Assembly: GCF_006345805.1 (NCBI RefSeq)
Contig: NC_042998.1
Span: 95,604,001-95,668,000 of the forward strand
DNA from: Octopus sinensis
Taxonomy: Eukaryota
Reading direction: 5' to 3'
DNA: 64,000 nt
The first letter of the stretch is position 1. Each line of letters starts with the position of its first letter. Made by a program: the position numbers and the translations under genes. This document shows positions 11,885-24,550 of the stretch, one piece after another. The notes beneath the pieces are model-generated. The model ran no database searches and was not told the DNA's origin. It saw nothing but the letters and a program-made list of their open reading frames with translations.

Positions 11885-13720
11885 TATATCATCATCATCA
11901 TCATCATTTAACGTCCGCCTTCCATGCTAGCATGGGTTGGACGGTTCAACTGGGGTCTGGGGAGCCCGAAAGCTGCACCAGTCCAGTCAGATCTGGCAGT
12001 GTTTCTACAGCTGGATGCCCTTCCTAACGCCCAACCCCCGAGAGTGTAGTGGGTGATTTTATGTGCCACCGACACAGGTGCCAGACGAGGCTGGCAAACG
12101 GCCACGCTCGGATGGTGTTTTTTATGTGCCACCGACACAGGTGCCAGACGAGGCTGGCAGACGGCCACGCTCGGATGGTGTTTTTATGTGCCACCGACAC
12201 AGGTGCCAGATGAGGCTGGCAAACGGCCACGATCGGATGGTGTTGTTACGTGCTCTCAGCACGGAGGCCAGTCGTGCGGTACTGGCTACGGCCACGTTCG
12301 GATGGTTTTCTTGTGTGCCACGTGCCACCGCACTGGTACCACAAAGATACAAATTCCATTGATGTTCATCTATTTTGATTTGTTTTGATTTTCACTTGCC
12401 TCAACAGGTCTTCACAAGTGTCACAAGAAGGAAGGTATGCACAGGTGGACTGACTACGTCCCAGGTAGGGGCCACAGGTTATGGCCTGACTATCTTGCCG
12501 GGTCTTCGGATGGTGTTTTTATGTGCCACCGACACAGGTGCCAGATGAGGCTGGCGAACGGCCACGATCGGATGGTGTTTGTTACGTGCCTACAGCACGG
12601 AGGCCAGTCGGTGCGGTACTGGCTACGGCCACGTTCGGATGGTTTTCTTGTGTGCCACCGGCACTGGTACCACAAAGATACAATTCCATTAATGTTCATC
12701 TATTTTGATTTGTTTTGATTTGTTTTGATTTCATTTTGATTTTCACTTGCCTCAACAGGCCTTCACAAGTATCACAAGGAGGAAGGTATGCACAGGTGGA
12801 CTGACTACGTCCCAGGTAGGGGCCATGGGATATGGCCTGACTAGTCTTGCCGGGTCTTCGGATGGTGTTTTTATGTGCCACCGACACAGGTGCTAGATGA
12901 GGCTGGCGAACGGCCACGATCGGATGGTGTTTGTTATGTGCCTACAGCACGATGGCCAGTCGGTGCGGTACTGACTACGGCCACGTTCGGATGGATTTCT
13001 TGTGTGCCACAGGCACTGGTACCACAAAGATACAAATTCCATTGATGTTCATCTATTTTGATTTGATTTGATTTGATTTTCACTTGCCTCAACAGGTCTT
13101 CACAAGTGTCACAAGAAGGAAGGTATGCACAGGTGGACTGACTAGTCTTGCCGGGTCTTCGGAAGGTGTTTTTATGTGCCACCGACACAGGTGCCAGATG
13201 AGGCTGGCGAACGGCCATGATCGGATGGTGTTTGTTACGTGCCCACAGCACGGAGGCCGGTCGATGCGGAACTGGCTACGGCCACGTTCGGATGGTTCTC
13301 TTGTGTGCCACCGGCACTGGTACCACAAAGATACCGATTCCATTGATGTTCATCTATTCTGATTTGTTTTGATTTTCACTTGCTCAACAGGTCTTCACAA
13401 GTGTCACAAGAAGGAAGGTATGCACAGGTGGACTGACTACGTCCCAGGTAGGGGCATGGGTTATGGCCTGACTAGTCTTGCCGGGTCTTCGGATGGTGTT
13501 TTTATGTGCCACCGACACAGGTGCTAGATGAGGCTGGCGAACGGCCACGATTGGATGGTGTTTGTCATGTGCCCACAGCACGGAGGCCAGTCGATGCGGT
13601 ACTGGCTACGGCCACTTTCGGATGGTTTTCTCTTGTGTGCCACCGGCACTGGTACCACAAAGATACAAATTCCATTGATGTTCATCTATTTTGATTTGTT
13701 TTGATTTGATTTTGATTTTC
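11885..13720 (-). repeat. RTE-tail-like SINE expanded into a higher-order tandem array (about 60-bp subunits, about 300-350-bp units)
   Basis: Marker GATAC(A)AATTCCATT(G)ATGTTCATCTATT recurs near 12347, 12676, 13029, 13329 and 13661; end CGGACGTTAAA(TGA)n matches 37690-38205. Confidence 0.85.
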
Positions 13721-13724
13721 TATA

Positions 13725-14063
13725 TATATATATATTGTCCTCATTGCACACATACACACACATGCAGACCTCCGTGCACGCACACATCCACACACATTTC
13801 CTTGTTCTTACCATACTGTCTTTGAAACTCTCCTGTCTTTAAAAAACATTATTTTTCCACCTTTCAACTTCCGGTCTTTCAATATGTGACCTCGTGAGTA
13901 CCGCCAGCGATTTTTTTCCCTTCTCCTATGTTTCCGACGAAGAGCTCCGCTCGAAACGTTAAACCCTCCTTCTTCCCTTCTTTCCTGAGCGTCCAATAAT
14001 ACTTTATTCGTTCCACGTCCTCGCGTTGCTGTGTTTTTTTTTTGTGTTTTCTTGTTTGGATTA

Positions 14064-14070
<7 letters not shown>
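13725..14070 (+). mobile_element. PLE-like terminal fragment with hammerhead-like motif
   Basis: GTTT-CCGACGA-AGAGCTCCGCTC-GAAACGTT-AAAC at 13930-13964; TA-flanked. Confidence 0.55.
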
Positions 14071-14104
<34 letters not shown>

Positions 14105-14339
14105 AAGCTAAATTTTAAAATATAAATTAAAGTTTAGAAAGAGGACATTAAAATGCAGTGTGCAAACCTTGTTACGGGTAAGTCCAAGGTAGTGTGCCTG
14201 TAGAGCACATTCACCACTGATGGCTACGAGGCGTCATTTGCGTTACTGTGCTTTCGTCGCTGGATCTACGTCAGGATTTCCTAGGTGCACGCAAAATGAC
14301 GGAACGCATCGAGCAGAGACTACAAACCCATGTCTTATC

Positions 14340-14880
14340 ACCAGCGATTCTGGCAGAATCGTTAGCACATCGGACAAAATGCTTAGCGGCGTTTAGTCTG
14401 TCTCTGCGTTCTGGATTCGAATTCCGCCGCGGTCACCAAAATAAATATTATTTGAGAACAATGAGGTCGATGTAATCCATTAACCCTTTTCTCCAAAATT
14501 CTAGGACTTGTGACTATAGTAGAAAGGAATGCTGGTTTAAATTTTGGCACAAGGCCAGCAATTTTGGGAGAGGGGCTAAGTTGAATACATCGACCCCATG
14601 TCGAAATGTCGATAAGCATTTTAACCGGCTTCCGCCAGCTCTCCGCCTTTAAAGAAAGGGATATTAAAAATATAAAAAGGTGGTGAGCTGGCAGACTCAT
14701 TTGCATGTCGGACAAAATGCTTAACGGCATTTCTTTCGGCTCTTTACGTTCTGAGTTCAAATTCCACCGGGGTCGACTTTGCTTTCATCTCTTTTAGGTT
14801 AATAAGTACTAGTCAAGAACTGAGATCGATATAACTGACTTACCCCGTCCCTCAAAATTGTTTGCCTTGGGCCAAAATTT
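14340..14880 (+). mobile_element. Two diverged SINE family C copies
   Basis: CTGGCAGAATCGTTAGCAC...GAATTCCGCCGCGGTC twice. Confidence 0.7.
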
Positions 14881-15154
14881 GGAACTATTATTTAAAAAAA
14901 AAAACATGTTATACGTTATTTTCAATTTCGCATTCTTCCTGACATTATTTACAATTTTATCTCGTATTTACCTGCCTCTATGTCAATGACATTTCTATGT
15001 AATTTAAATTATTTTGGTTACAGCAACACAAAAATTTCTGAAATACTAACAAGCCTCCACAACGTGAATATATATTCGCTGTAAATCACGCTAGCTGACA
15101 CAACGCAACATATTACAAAACTAAACAAAACGCAAAACACGAACTACGTAGGTA

Positions 15155-16544
15155 CAGGCTTGATTATGCAGTAAGAAGCTTGCTTCCCAAACACGTGGTT
15201 TCAGGTTCATTCCCACTGAGTGGCCCCTTGGGCAACGGTCATTTTCTAAAACCCCGAGCCGACCAAAATCTTGTGAGTAGATTTGCTAGATGGAAACTGG
15301 AAGAAATCCGTCGTATATGCATATATATATATATATTTCCAATGCGCAGAGAAAAAATTGTTTGCTTGTTATCATTCGTAAGAACACTTGTTGTTTTCAT
15401 CACCGTTATGCTTCTGTATTTCATGTTTCTGTATTCCATTATTGTTTTTTTTTTTTTTTTTTTTATACCTGTCCCTTTTGCTGTCCTGGTGTTCGTATGC
15501 ATTCGATCCTTCTTCCAGGAAATCTACGCTTCCAGCTTAGTTTTTCTAATGCTCGTTGCTTAGTTTTTCTTGGAGGGCTGGCCGTGATCTAGTAATCTCA
15601 AGATAATCAGCCGAAATTACTACGATGATCCGGTTCTTGACTGAAGACTGAGGGGTTCGAATGTCCTGTCCATGTTTATTGTATCGTCTTCTAAGAGTTA
15701 TACGTTCTTGTCCATGTTGTATTTTTCTACATACCTTAACATATATTCCAGGCGCCCCGTACCCCCCTTATCATTAATGTGAACACATATTCTTAATAAT
15801 TGGTACGACTCTCTGTTTGTCTCTCTCTTTTCTCTCTATTCATCTTCTCTTTCCTCTGATCCTTTGGTCTAGTCTTCCACTACCCTCCTATTTCTTTGTC
15901 TCGCTCTGCACTCACAGGTCATTCTTCGACACCCATCCCTTCTCCTCTCTGATTCCTTCTTTCTCTCTCTTCTCTCTCTTTGTTGCGTTTTGTCCCCCTT
16001 TTCTCTCTCTCTCTTCCTTTGCTTCTCTTTCTTTTCTTTTCCCTCTTCTCTGTCACGTGACTGTTGGCCGAAATCTGCCTTTCAGCTCCTGACCCTCGTC
16101 GTGTTAACATCGTTGTTTTTCGTCCGCCGCTATAAAGGCTTTTTCCAATGCACCCAGAGAAAAAATTGTTTGCTTGTTATCAGTCGTAAGACACTTGTTG
16201 TTTTCACACCGTTAATGCTTCTGTATTTCATGTTTCTGTATTCCATTATTGTTTTTTTTTTTTTTTTTTATACCTGTCCCTTTTGCTGTCCTGGTGTTCG
16301 TATGCATTCGATCCTTCTTCCAGGAAATCTACGCTTCCAGCTTAGTTTTTCTAATGCTCGTTGCTTAGTTTTTCTTGGAGGGCTGGCCGTGATCTAGTAA
16401 TCTCAAGATTAATCAGCCGAAATTACTACGATGATCCGGTTCTTGACTGAAGACTGAGGGGTTCGAATGTCCTGTCCATGTTTATTGTATCGTCTTCTAA
16501 GAGTTATACGTTCTTGTCCATGTTGTATTTTTCTACATACCTTA

Positions 16545-16582
<38 letters not shown>

Positions 16583-16745
16583 TTGTCTCTTACAATTGTT
16601 GGTGCTTTGTTTACACCCCCGTAACTTAGCGGTTCAGCAAAAATAGCCCTGTGAAATAAGTACCAGGTTTTAAAAACTTAAGTACTGGGATCGATTTGTT
16701 CGTCAAACCTTTCAAAGTGGTACCCCAACATGACCGCAGCCGGAA
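15155..16745 (+). mobile_element. SINE family A split by an insertion in its central (TA)n
   Basis: Head at 15155-15320; tail at about 16570-16745. Confidence 0.65.
15336..16545. mobile_element. Element with two about 404-bp direct repeats around a 402-bp core
   Basis: 15336-15739 is nearly identical to 16142-16545; outer ends abut (TA)n. Confidence 0.8.
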
Positions 16746-17928
16746 TTATGAGAGGAGAAAATTAGCTACCATCAGGCGCAGGCGTGGATATGTAGTAAGA
16801 AGTTTGCATGGGCAGATTTTTGAAATCCAATGAATCTTTATACATTTATACAGTTATACAATTATACAAATATACTTTTTCAAGGAGATATGATAAACCT
16901 ATTATAATGGGTAATACTACATGTACTTTTTTATATACAGTTGCTTAGCTACATACCGAAAATTTAGAAATAGCAGTCAAAGACCGCTTATTCCTATTTA
17001 TTACAAATATAGCTCCACATATAACATTTACTTGTAACTCACATATGCAAAAGAAGGAAAAATAACACACACACACACACACAAACACAAATTAGTATGA
17101 AGCGTAAGGATTCAGGAAAATATCAGCTTGCTAGAAATAAGAGCTAAAGTCTTAATGAAAACCACCGCAAAGCACCAAGATAACAGACAAATAATAGCAG
17201 GCGAAGAATTAATACATTCAAAAGCACAAGTATGAAATATTATGCCATTTTAGGATATCCAAACACCCAAGTTTCGGCTTTTGGAAATTTAATCCTTGAG
17301 CCTCTTAAGTGTAGACCACCTAGTAACAATTCAAGACTGTCACGTTATATTCGTTAGTGTACTGGTTTTGTTTTGCGCTAAAAACACAGCACATGGTGCA
17401 AAAATATTTATGAACAAAACATCCAAACACTAAGGTTTGAAATAAGATGTCACTACTGTTTATATCATCTGTGGATAAAATTTAAAATTGATTTAAATAA
17501 TTTTAAAATTTTAAGTACAAATATATAATTATCTTAGCTTCAAGGATAGAAGAAAGCACGAAGAATTTCATAGTTTTGGTCCTAGGCAACAAAAAAAAAA
17601 AAAATACGAGTAAGGCAAAAATCTGGATTTAAGTATAATTAACTTTTTTATTTTAAAAACAATCTATATTTTAATTAAGCTTAAATGATAGAGCTGATTT
17701 CGAGGAATTTAAATAAAAAAAAGTTATGAGTGTTTGTTTCTCAAATTTGAGGGTGATAATATAGTTCTATACTTTTTTATGACTATAGTTCCATAAAGGG
17801 ACTTTTAATTTATGTCACCAGCGTCATTGAGGCAAGGAAAAAATTATCAATGTTACCGCCAATTGACTCATTTGACACGTTATTAATTAACATAATAGCA
17901 TAGCCTGGAAAAAAAAAAAAACATGAAT

Positions 17929-18108
17929 TACATGGAAAAATGCGAGCAAGAGAAATATATTCTTAAGATTATAAACCCGGAAAAGTACAGGATAAATTAT
18001 TACACTTGAGAAAGTTCAGGACAAGTTATTACATCTGGTAATGTACAGTACAAGAAAATGTTTATAATCTTAAGAATATTATTTCTCTTGCTCGCATTTT
18101 TCCATATA
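17929..18108. mobile_element. MITE with about 50-bp TIRs
   Basis: ATGGAAAAATGCGAGCAAGAGAAAT...ATTTCTCTTGCTCGCATTTTTCCAT. Confidence 0.75.
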
Positions 18109-18344
18109 ATCAAAAATGGATAACATTGGTGTAGATAGCTAAGCCGTGAGTAATAGGGTATGTAAATATATTCACAGTATCATCAGATATCAAACTAACT
18201 GAATACGAAAAACTGTTTCCATTGACATGTCAATGAGATAATTCGTTGTTACACACATACACAACTATATCTACTGTTTATAACGTAGAATTATGATTAA
18301 AACATAAATATTACTTGTCTATGTATTTTTGTATATAATCTTTT

Positions 18345-18772
18345 CTACTGTAGGCACAAGGCCTGAAATTTTGGTGGATGGGAGCTAGTCGATTAGATCG
18401 ACCCTAGTACATAACTGATACTTAATTTATTGACCCCGAAAGGATGAAAGACAAAGTCAACTTCGGTAGAATTTGAACTCAGAATGTAAAGACAGGTGAA
18501 AAGCCGCTAGGCATTTTGCTTGGCGTGCTAAAGTTTCTTATTTCTTTATTGCCCACAAAGGGCCAAAGATAGAGGGGATAAACATGACAGACAAATGGAT
18601 TAAGTCGATTACATCGACCCCTGTGCGTAACTGGTACTTAATTTATCGACCCCGAAAGGATGAAAGGCAAAGTCGACCTCGGCGGAACTTGAACTCAGAA
18701 CGTAAGTAAAGACGGACGAAACCCCGTTAAGTATTTCGCCCGGCGTGCTAACATTTCTGCCAGCTCGCCGTC
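18345..18772 (-). mobile_element. Tandem SINE family C copies
   Basis: Family C body twice; head CTGCCAGCTCGCCG at the end. Confidence 0.8.
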
Positions 18773-19249
18773 TTAGTTGTGGTAAAGAATATTAAAGAGG
18801 AAACTAAAGTAGAAAATCAACTAAAAGTTTATTATTCTGTAGGCCTGCTAAAATCCACGCCCTCACCTACTGCTTAACCAATTACAGGATAAAACATACC
18901 TAATAAGGATTTTTACGTCATTTAGTTGGTCACATAACTTACGACTATAAAAGTATGTTTCTATTATGTGACCAAACCTCTTTATATAACTATCTAAATA
19001 TGACGTTTGGCTATAATGATCTAAATATGACCGACTAAACATATAAACAGAATATTTAACTTAACAGTCAATCCCGCCCACCAAACATCTACATTTATTT
19101 AGCCTGACAACTGCTGCTATAGATTACGTCATTAATTGTTGATATCCTTTTTTGGGGAAGAGTCGGTGAAAATTAGGGACACTCACTTTCATAAAACATG
19201 TTAAGCTGGAATTAAAGATACGTTAAACGATTTTTCTTTTAAATTATGT

Positions 19250-19470
19250 TTCTGGTACAGGCACAAAGCCTGAAACTTGAGGAGAGATGTAGTACTGAAG
19301 TCGATGTTATCAGTACTAGACTGGTATTTAGTTTTGTTTACCTCGCGAGGTGGGGATGGAAAGCAAAGTTGACCTCGGTGGGATTAAAGCTCAAAACGCA
19401 AACCGCTGGAATAAATACTGCTAAGCATTTTCCCCGGCGCTCTAAGGAGTCTGCTCGCTCGCCACCTTTT
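19250..19470 (-). mobile_element. SINE family C, diverged
   Basis: GGATGGAAAGCAAAGTTGACCTCGGTGGG...CTCGCTCGCCACC. Confidence 0.65.
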
Positions 19471-19513
19471 TCTTTTGAATTATAATAAACTCGATTTTGT
19501 ATTTGGTTTGTAA

Positions 19514-19835
19514 CAGTGGTTCTGAACCGGGGTCTATGTAAAATGTTTGTGGGTTCCAAGCAAGCAAAATGGCATATTGGGGATCAACATAGTATTTTAA
19601 AGGTCCACGAAAATAAATTTGCTCTAGAAGTATGTATTGCAAGAAACTGCTAGGTCTCTTTCTCTAACGTTTTACATAGTTCAACTTACACAAGTTGTTG
19701 CATGAAAAGCAAAACCGGAATTTAGAAAAGAGCGTTTACAAAACTGGTTTTTAAATACTGAATAGCTATGGGCGTCCACCAGAATATAATAGTAGTCAAA
19801 GGGCTCCATAGATGAAAAAATGTTGAAAACCACTG
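19514..19835. mobile_element. hAT (Charlie-like) MITE
   Basis: TIRs CAGTGGTTCTGAAC / GTTGAAAACCACTG; imperfect 8-bp TSD GTTTGTAA / GTTTACAA. Confidence 0.7.
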
Positions 19836-20992
19836 GTTTACAAGATTCTTGATGTGAACTCATGATGTGAATTCATGATGTTGTTGCATCCTGGGAGGGA
19901 CAAACCTAGTCCACTAATTGATTAGTCGAACGATTAATCAAACAATCGATTAATTAACTGACTAGTAAAAATAATGAAGTGAAATAGAACCAGTGTGTTT
20001 ATTATTTGCATAATGACTCTCCCAAGATACAACAAACTATAAGAAACTCTCTTACGAGGTTTTGAATTCTGTTATCAAATCACTTTTGATAGAGGTAGCA
20101 ACGTTCATACCTTTTTTAAAAAGACTACCGTTAATGATATAATTGATGTGTAACGGCTTTCAACTGGATATCGCAGTCAGCATTGTAAACCAGAATTACA
20201 TGATACATTATTGTTGAATCCCCGACACTCGCTTCTTAAAATAATCATTGTTGGTTTCTTTTATCGTATATTGTTAAACACTTGTGAAAGAGTGGTGTAG
20301 TTGATTGTAATATACTGAACTGGCATATTTGATATTTAACTGATATAGAAGATCGAAACGAAACTAATTACTGCTAAATGCATTTAATGCGGCTTTCTAT
20401 CGTTTATGTCACGCTATCGTCCTATTATGCAATCATTAAAATCATTGCAACTGATTTGTTTTTAATTGTTCTAACCATGTATATATAAATATGAAGCTGG
20501 TGAACTAGAAAAGATACTGACGATTTCCGAGAGCGTGAATCTTTGTCTCTAAAATAAAGATTTCCGTTTTCATTTTTTTAATATTTTATCCTATAGTCAA
20601 TAGAAAAGGAAGTCTCTCTAACCTTTTACAGGACCTCTAGTACTGGTGAGAGGAAGGGAAGGCAACACTCTTAAACCTGAGACTGGAAGTGAATGAATGT
20701 AACTGAAGGCTTCTTCAGAGCAAATAAAGTAATGTATGTATTCTAACGTTCTCACAGTTCTGCCAATCTACCTCGTTGCATTAGTGCTTTGTTTTTTATC
20801 GATCCCGAAAGGATGAAAAGCAAAGTTACCTCGGTGGGATTTGAACTTAAAGTGTAGAGAATTGGAACAAATGCGTCGAGGTATTCAATCTGATGCTCAA
20901 AAACTTGTGCCAGTTGGTCAATTACCGGATCTAAACTACAACTCCGTCAATAATAAGTATATTGATGAATAATGTGTATAAAATGGATAGAA

Positions 20993-21365
20993 GCACTCCG
21001 TCGGTTACGACGACGAGGGTTCCGGTTGATCCGATCAACGGAACAGCCTGCTCGTGAAATTAACGTGTAAGTGGCTGAGCATTCCACAGACACGTGTACC
21101 CTTAACGTAGTTCTCGGGGATATTCAGCGTGACACAGAGAGTGACAAGGCCGGCCCTTTGAAATACAGGTACAACAGAAACAGGAAGTAAGAGAAAGTTG
21201 TGGTGAAAGAGTACAGCAGGGATCACCACCATCCCCTGCCGGAGCCTCGTGAAGCTTTAGGTGTTTTCGCTCAATAAACACTCACAACGCCCGGTCTGGG
21301 AATCGAAACCGCGATCCTATGACCGCGAGTCCGCTGCCCTAACCACTGGGCCATTGCGCCTCCAC
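20993..21365 (-). mobile_element. SINE family B head, tail type 3, apparently full length
   Basis: Minus head GTGGAGGCGCAATGGCCCAGTGGTTAGGG...GGTTTCGATTCC; tail GTTCCGTTGATCGGATCAACCGG. Confidence 0.8.
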
Positions 21366-21599
21366 GTTTATAAAATACACAAGTATCTTTAATTATATAC
21401 ATGATGACGCAAAAAGTAGCTCGGGTTTCGTAACAGAGTAAATACAGAAATAAATTTGCACACACGAAAAGGCACCTAGCCTTTTGTTTGCAAGTGTTAT
21501 TGTGTTATTTCGACCAACTGTACTGCCGAAGAAAGATGGTGTACAAATCAACTGTTTGCCACGTTATCCTCACCATATTAGTTGACTGTAAGATTGCAT

Positions 21600-21965
21600 T
21601 TAGTGAACATTTCTAGTCCTTTCTCCAGTAGCGGAAATAGTGGAGACTGTCGAAGCGTATGTGAGAACCGGTTCTATTAAGCAAACACGTGAAGTCTTTG
21701 AAGTCAGGTTTCCGGGTAAAAGTTTACTGGCAAAGGAAACGATAAATATTTTTAAGAAGTGGCGCACTACGGGGTCAGTGCACAACGCCCCCAAACAAGA
21801 AACCTTACAGTTCGAATGCCAGAAATCATTCAGAACATACGGCCAAGTCCAAAGAAGTTAGCATGTAAATTAGGGCAGCAGTCTCACATAAGCAGATCAT
21901 GACAAAGAATGTCTAAAAGTCTAAGGTTGAAACCATATTATTTCACATGTGTACCGCAATTAAAA
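21600..21965 (+). pseudogene. Tc1/mariner-superfamily transposase N-terminal remnant (DUF4817/maT-like)
   Basis: YVRTGSIKQTREVFEVRFPG...FKKWRTTGSV, then after a frameshift LRLKPYYFTCVPQLK. Confidence 0.7.
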
Positions 21966-22284
21966 GTAGATATCAAGAACAAACAAGTAAATTTGTGTCT
22001 GTATTACGGAACTCGGTATACATTTTCATTCACCACTCTGTAAATTAGCGTTAACACAGTTCTTGCAACGTTAAGAGCACTTACATAACTTTTAATTCTA
22101 GATTTTTGACTGATGTTATACATTCTTTGGGAATATTTTGTTTGAAAAAGATCCTTTACTATCAAAGCCGTTGCTATGTATTAAGCAAACTAGGAGATCA
22201 TCTGGAGCGTGAAAATCAAAGACTTCACCAATAATTTACACAAGATTTCTTTGTCCAAATGATTATTTCTACACTAGGCACAAG

Positions 22285-22637
22285 TCCTTGAAAATTTGGG
22301 AGGAAGGGGGCCAGTCGATTACATCGACCCCAGCGCGAAAGGATGAAAGGCAAAGTCGACCTCGGCGGAATTTGAGCTCAGAACGTAGCGGCAGACAAAA
22401 TATCTATTTCTTTACTACTCACAAGGGGCTAAACACAGAGAGGACAAACAAGGACAGACAAACGGATTAAGTCGATTATATTGACCCCAGTGCGTAACTG
22501 GTACTTAATTTATCGACCCCGAAAGGATGAAAGGCTAAGTCGACCTCGGCGGGATTTGAACTCAGAATGTAACGGCAGACGAAATACCGCTAAGCATTTC
22601 ACCCGGCGTGCTAACGTTTCTGCCAGCTCGCCGTCTT
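22285..22637 (-). mobile_element. Tandem SINE family C
   Basis: Duplicated body with CTATTTCTTTACTACTCACAAG junction. Confidence 0.85.
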
Positions 22638-23814
22638 ACGAAAACTTAGTAACGATGAGAGTAGATGAGGCCGTTCTCGGAACAACGAGGGATGGAAAAT
22701 ATAGTGGGAGAGGAGGGAGTTTAAGAAGCCTGAGTGAGGATGTGGCTTAAATCACTTCAACTTTTGTCCAGTAACAGATTATAACTTAATGGATCGTATT
22801 TGGTCTAATGATTACGGTATTTAGCTCAATCATAAAGTCGTCGGGTAAATTCCTGGACCGGGCAGCACATTGCATTTTCGAGCATTGTGTTTCATGTTCC
22901 AGTCCACTATACTCTAATGAGTACTAAGTGCAAATGCTGCCCTTTCTCCCTCTAGTTGTTACGACTTTGATGTTCTGCTGGATGAGGTAGGCAGTGATCA
23001 TTTATCCTCACTACTGCCAGAAAACTGATTGGACTTAGAGTTTAGCATGCATGATCATAACATTATAAAGATTTCTTGGTCGCAAGTTACCTATAATTTT
23101 CGACTATATTTTCTAGCTGATATAATGAGGGCGATAGCTAAAAGATGCTGCAGAATAAGTTACAGATGGGAGCTCTCATTGTAGTGATGGAAGAAAGGAA
23201 CGCATATAGCAGGACTGGCCTAAGGCATTGAATCCTCTGATGTGGGTCTTGATTACCATTCAAATTATTTTTAGTTCCGGCCAATGCCTTTTTGTTGTTA
23301 TTGTAGTTTGTTATTGTGTAATCCCTCTGCGTAAAAAAATTGTTTATATCAAATATAACGAACTAGAAAGAAACCAGTAAGGAAATTATCAACAATCGGT
23401 GCAAACTTATATACTGAAATATGAATTTAGCATTGCACTTAAAAAAAAAAGATACAAAACCTAATATACATGGAAATACAGTTCTGACATTATTTACTTT
23501 TCAGTATCAAGTCCGGAATATTCGGGGATGTTTAGGATTCATGTGGAGCATAAGCTCAATGTAAACGTGTGAGTTGATCAGACTTTTAGTTGCGTCTTAG
23601 ATGTATCCTGCCTTGTAAAAATACGAGACAGAAAATATACTTTTTCCTAGTTAAGAGATAAAACCAAGATTAAATTATATATAAATTATCCATCTAATAA
23701 AACTATACATGGATTATTCACCTAGTCGAGGACTATTACTGATCAAACAAGATATATTCTATGTAAGTTTATCACGTTTAAGAACAAAGTGAAAAATATA
23801 CATTCTTTTAGTTG

Positions 23815-24170
23815 TTTCAGTTGACTGCGGGCATACTGGAGCATTGCTTTGAAGGATTTTTTTGTGTTCGAATCGAACCCAGTACTTAATTTTAAATTCT
23901 GGTATTTATTCTGTCAACTCTTTTGCTGAACTGCGAAGTGACGGAGATGCAAACAAACCAATACCGGTTGTCAAGCAGTGGTGGTGAGGTCAAACATAAG
24001 CACACATACATACACGTATACAACAGACTTCCATGGAGTTTCCGTCTATCAAATTCACTCATAAGGCATTAGTCGGCGTGGAGTTATAGTAGAAGATACC
24101 CAAGATACTACGCAGTCGGACTGAATCCGAAACCATATTGTTGCAAACAAACTTGTTGACACACAGCTGA
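23815..24170 (-). mobile_element. SINE family A, diverged
   Basis: Family motifs recognisable. Confidence 0.7.
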
Positions 24171-24249
24171 TTCCTCTGGTAGTGGTAATAGTGGTATTGT
24201 AACTGCAACTGCATTTAAGTATGTTTGTGCTATTATCATTTAATCCCCA

Positions 24250-24550
24250 GAAAGTGGCGAGCTGGTAGAATCGTTAAGCGAATCGGAAAAATGCTTAGCG
24301 GTGTTTCTTCCGTCTCTTTACGTTCTAAGTTCATAATCCGCTGTGGTCGACTTTGCCTTTCATCTTCTTTTGGAGTCGATTAAATAAGTGAATAGAGGGG
24401 TCGGTGTAACTGGCTTTGCTCTTTCTTTAAAATTGTTGGTCTTGTGCCAAAATTTGAAACTATTTGAAGATGGCGAGATGACATGATCGTTAGCACGCCG
24501 GACAAAATGCTTAGCAGCATTTCTTTCGGCTTTATGTTCTAAGTTTAAAC
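24250..24550 (+). mobile_element. SINE family C copies, diverged
   Basis: GTGGCGAGCTGGTAGAATCGTTAAG head; second head near 24470. Confidence 0.65.

Noticed and set aside
11908-13694. CRISPR-like array or repetitive protein ORFs
   Set aside because: The subunits are contiguous with no unique spacers, there are no cas genes, the context is eukaryotic, and the ORFs are satellite translations.
15590-15665. Hammerhead from CCGAAA and CTGAAGA motifs
   Set aside because: Motif order and stems do not give a valid junction.
14138-20645. Tiny exon candidates 14138-14177 and 20632-20645
   Set aside because: Splice motifs alone, at a rate expected by chance; no protein identity.
22859-22942. miRNA-like hairpin GGGCAGCA...TGCTGCCC
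   Set aside because: Only terminal pairing, and no match to conserved miRNAs I recognise.
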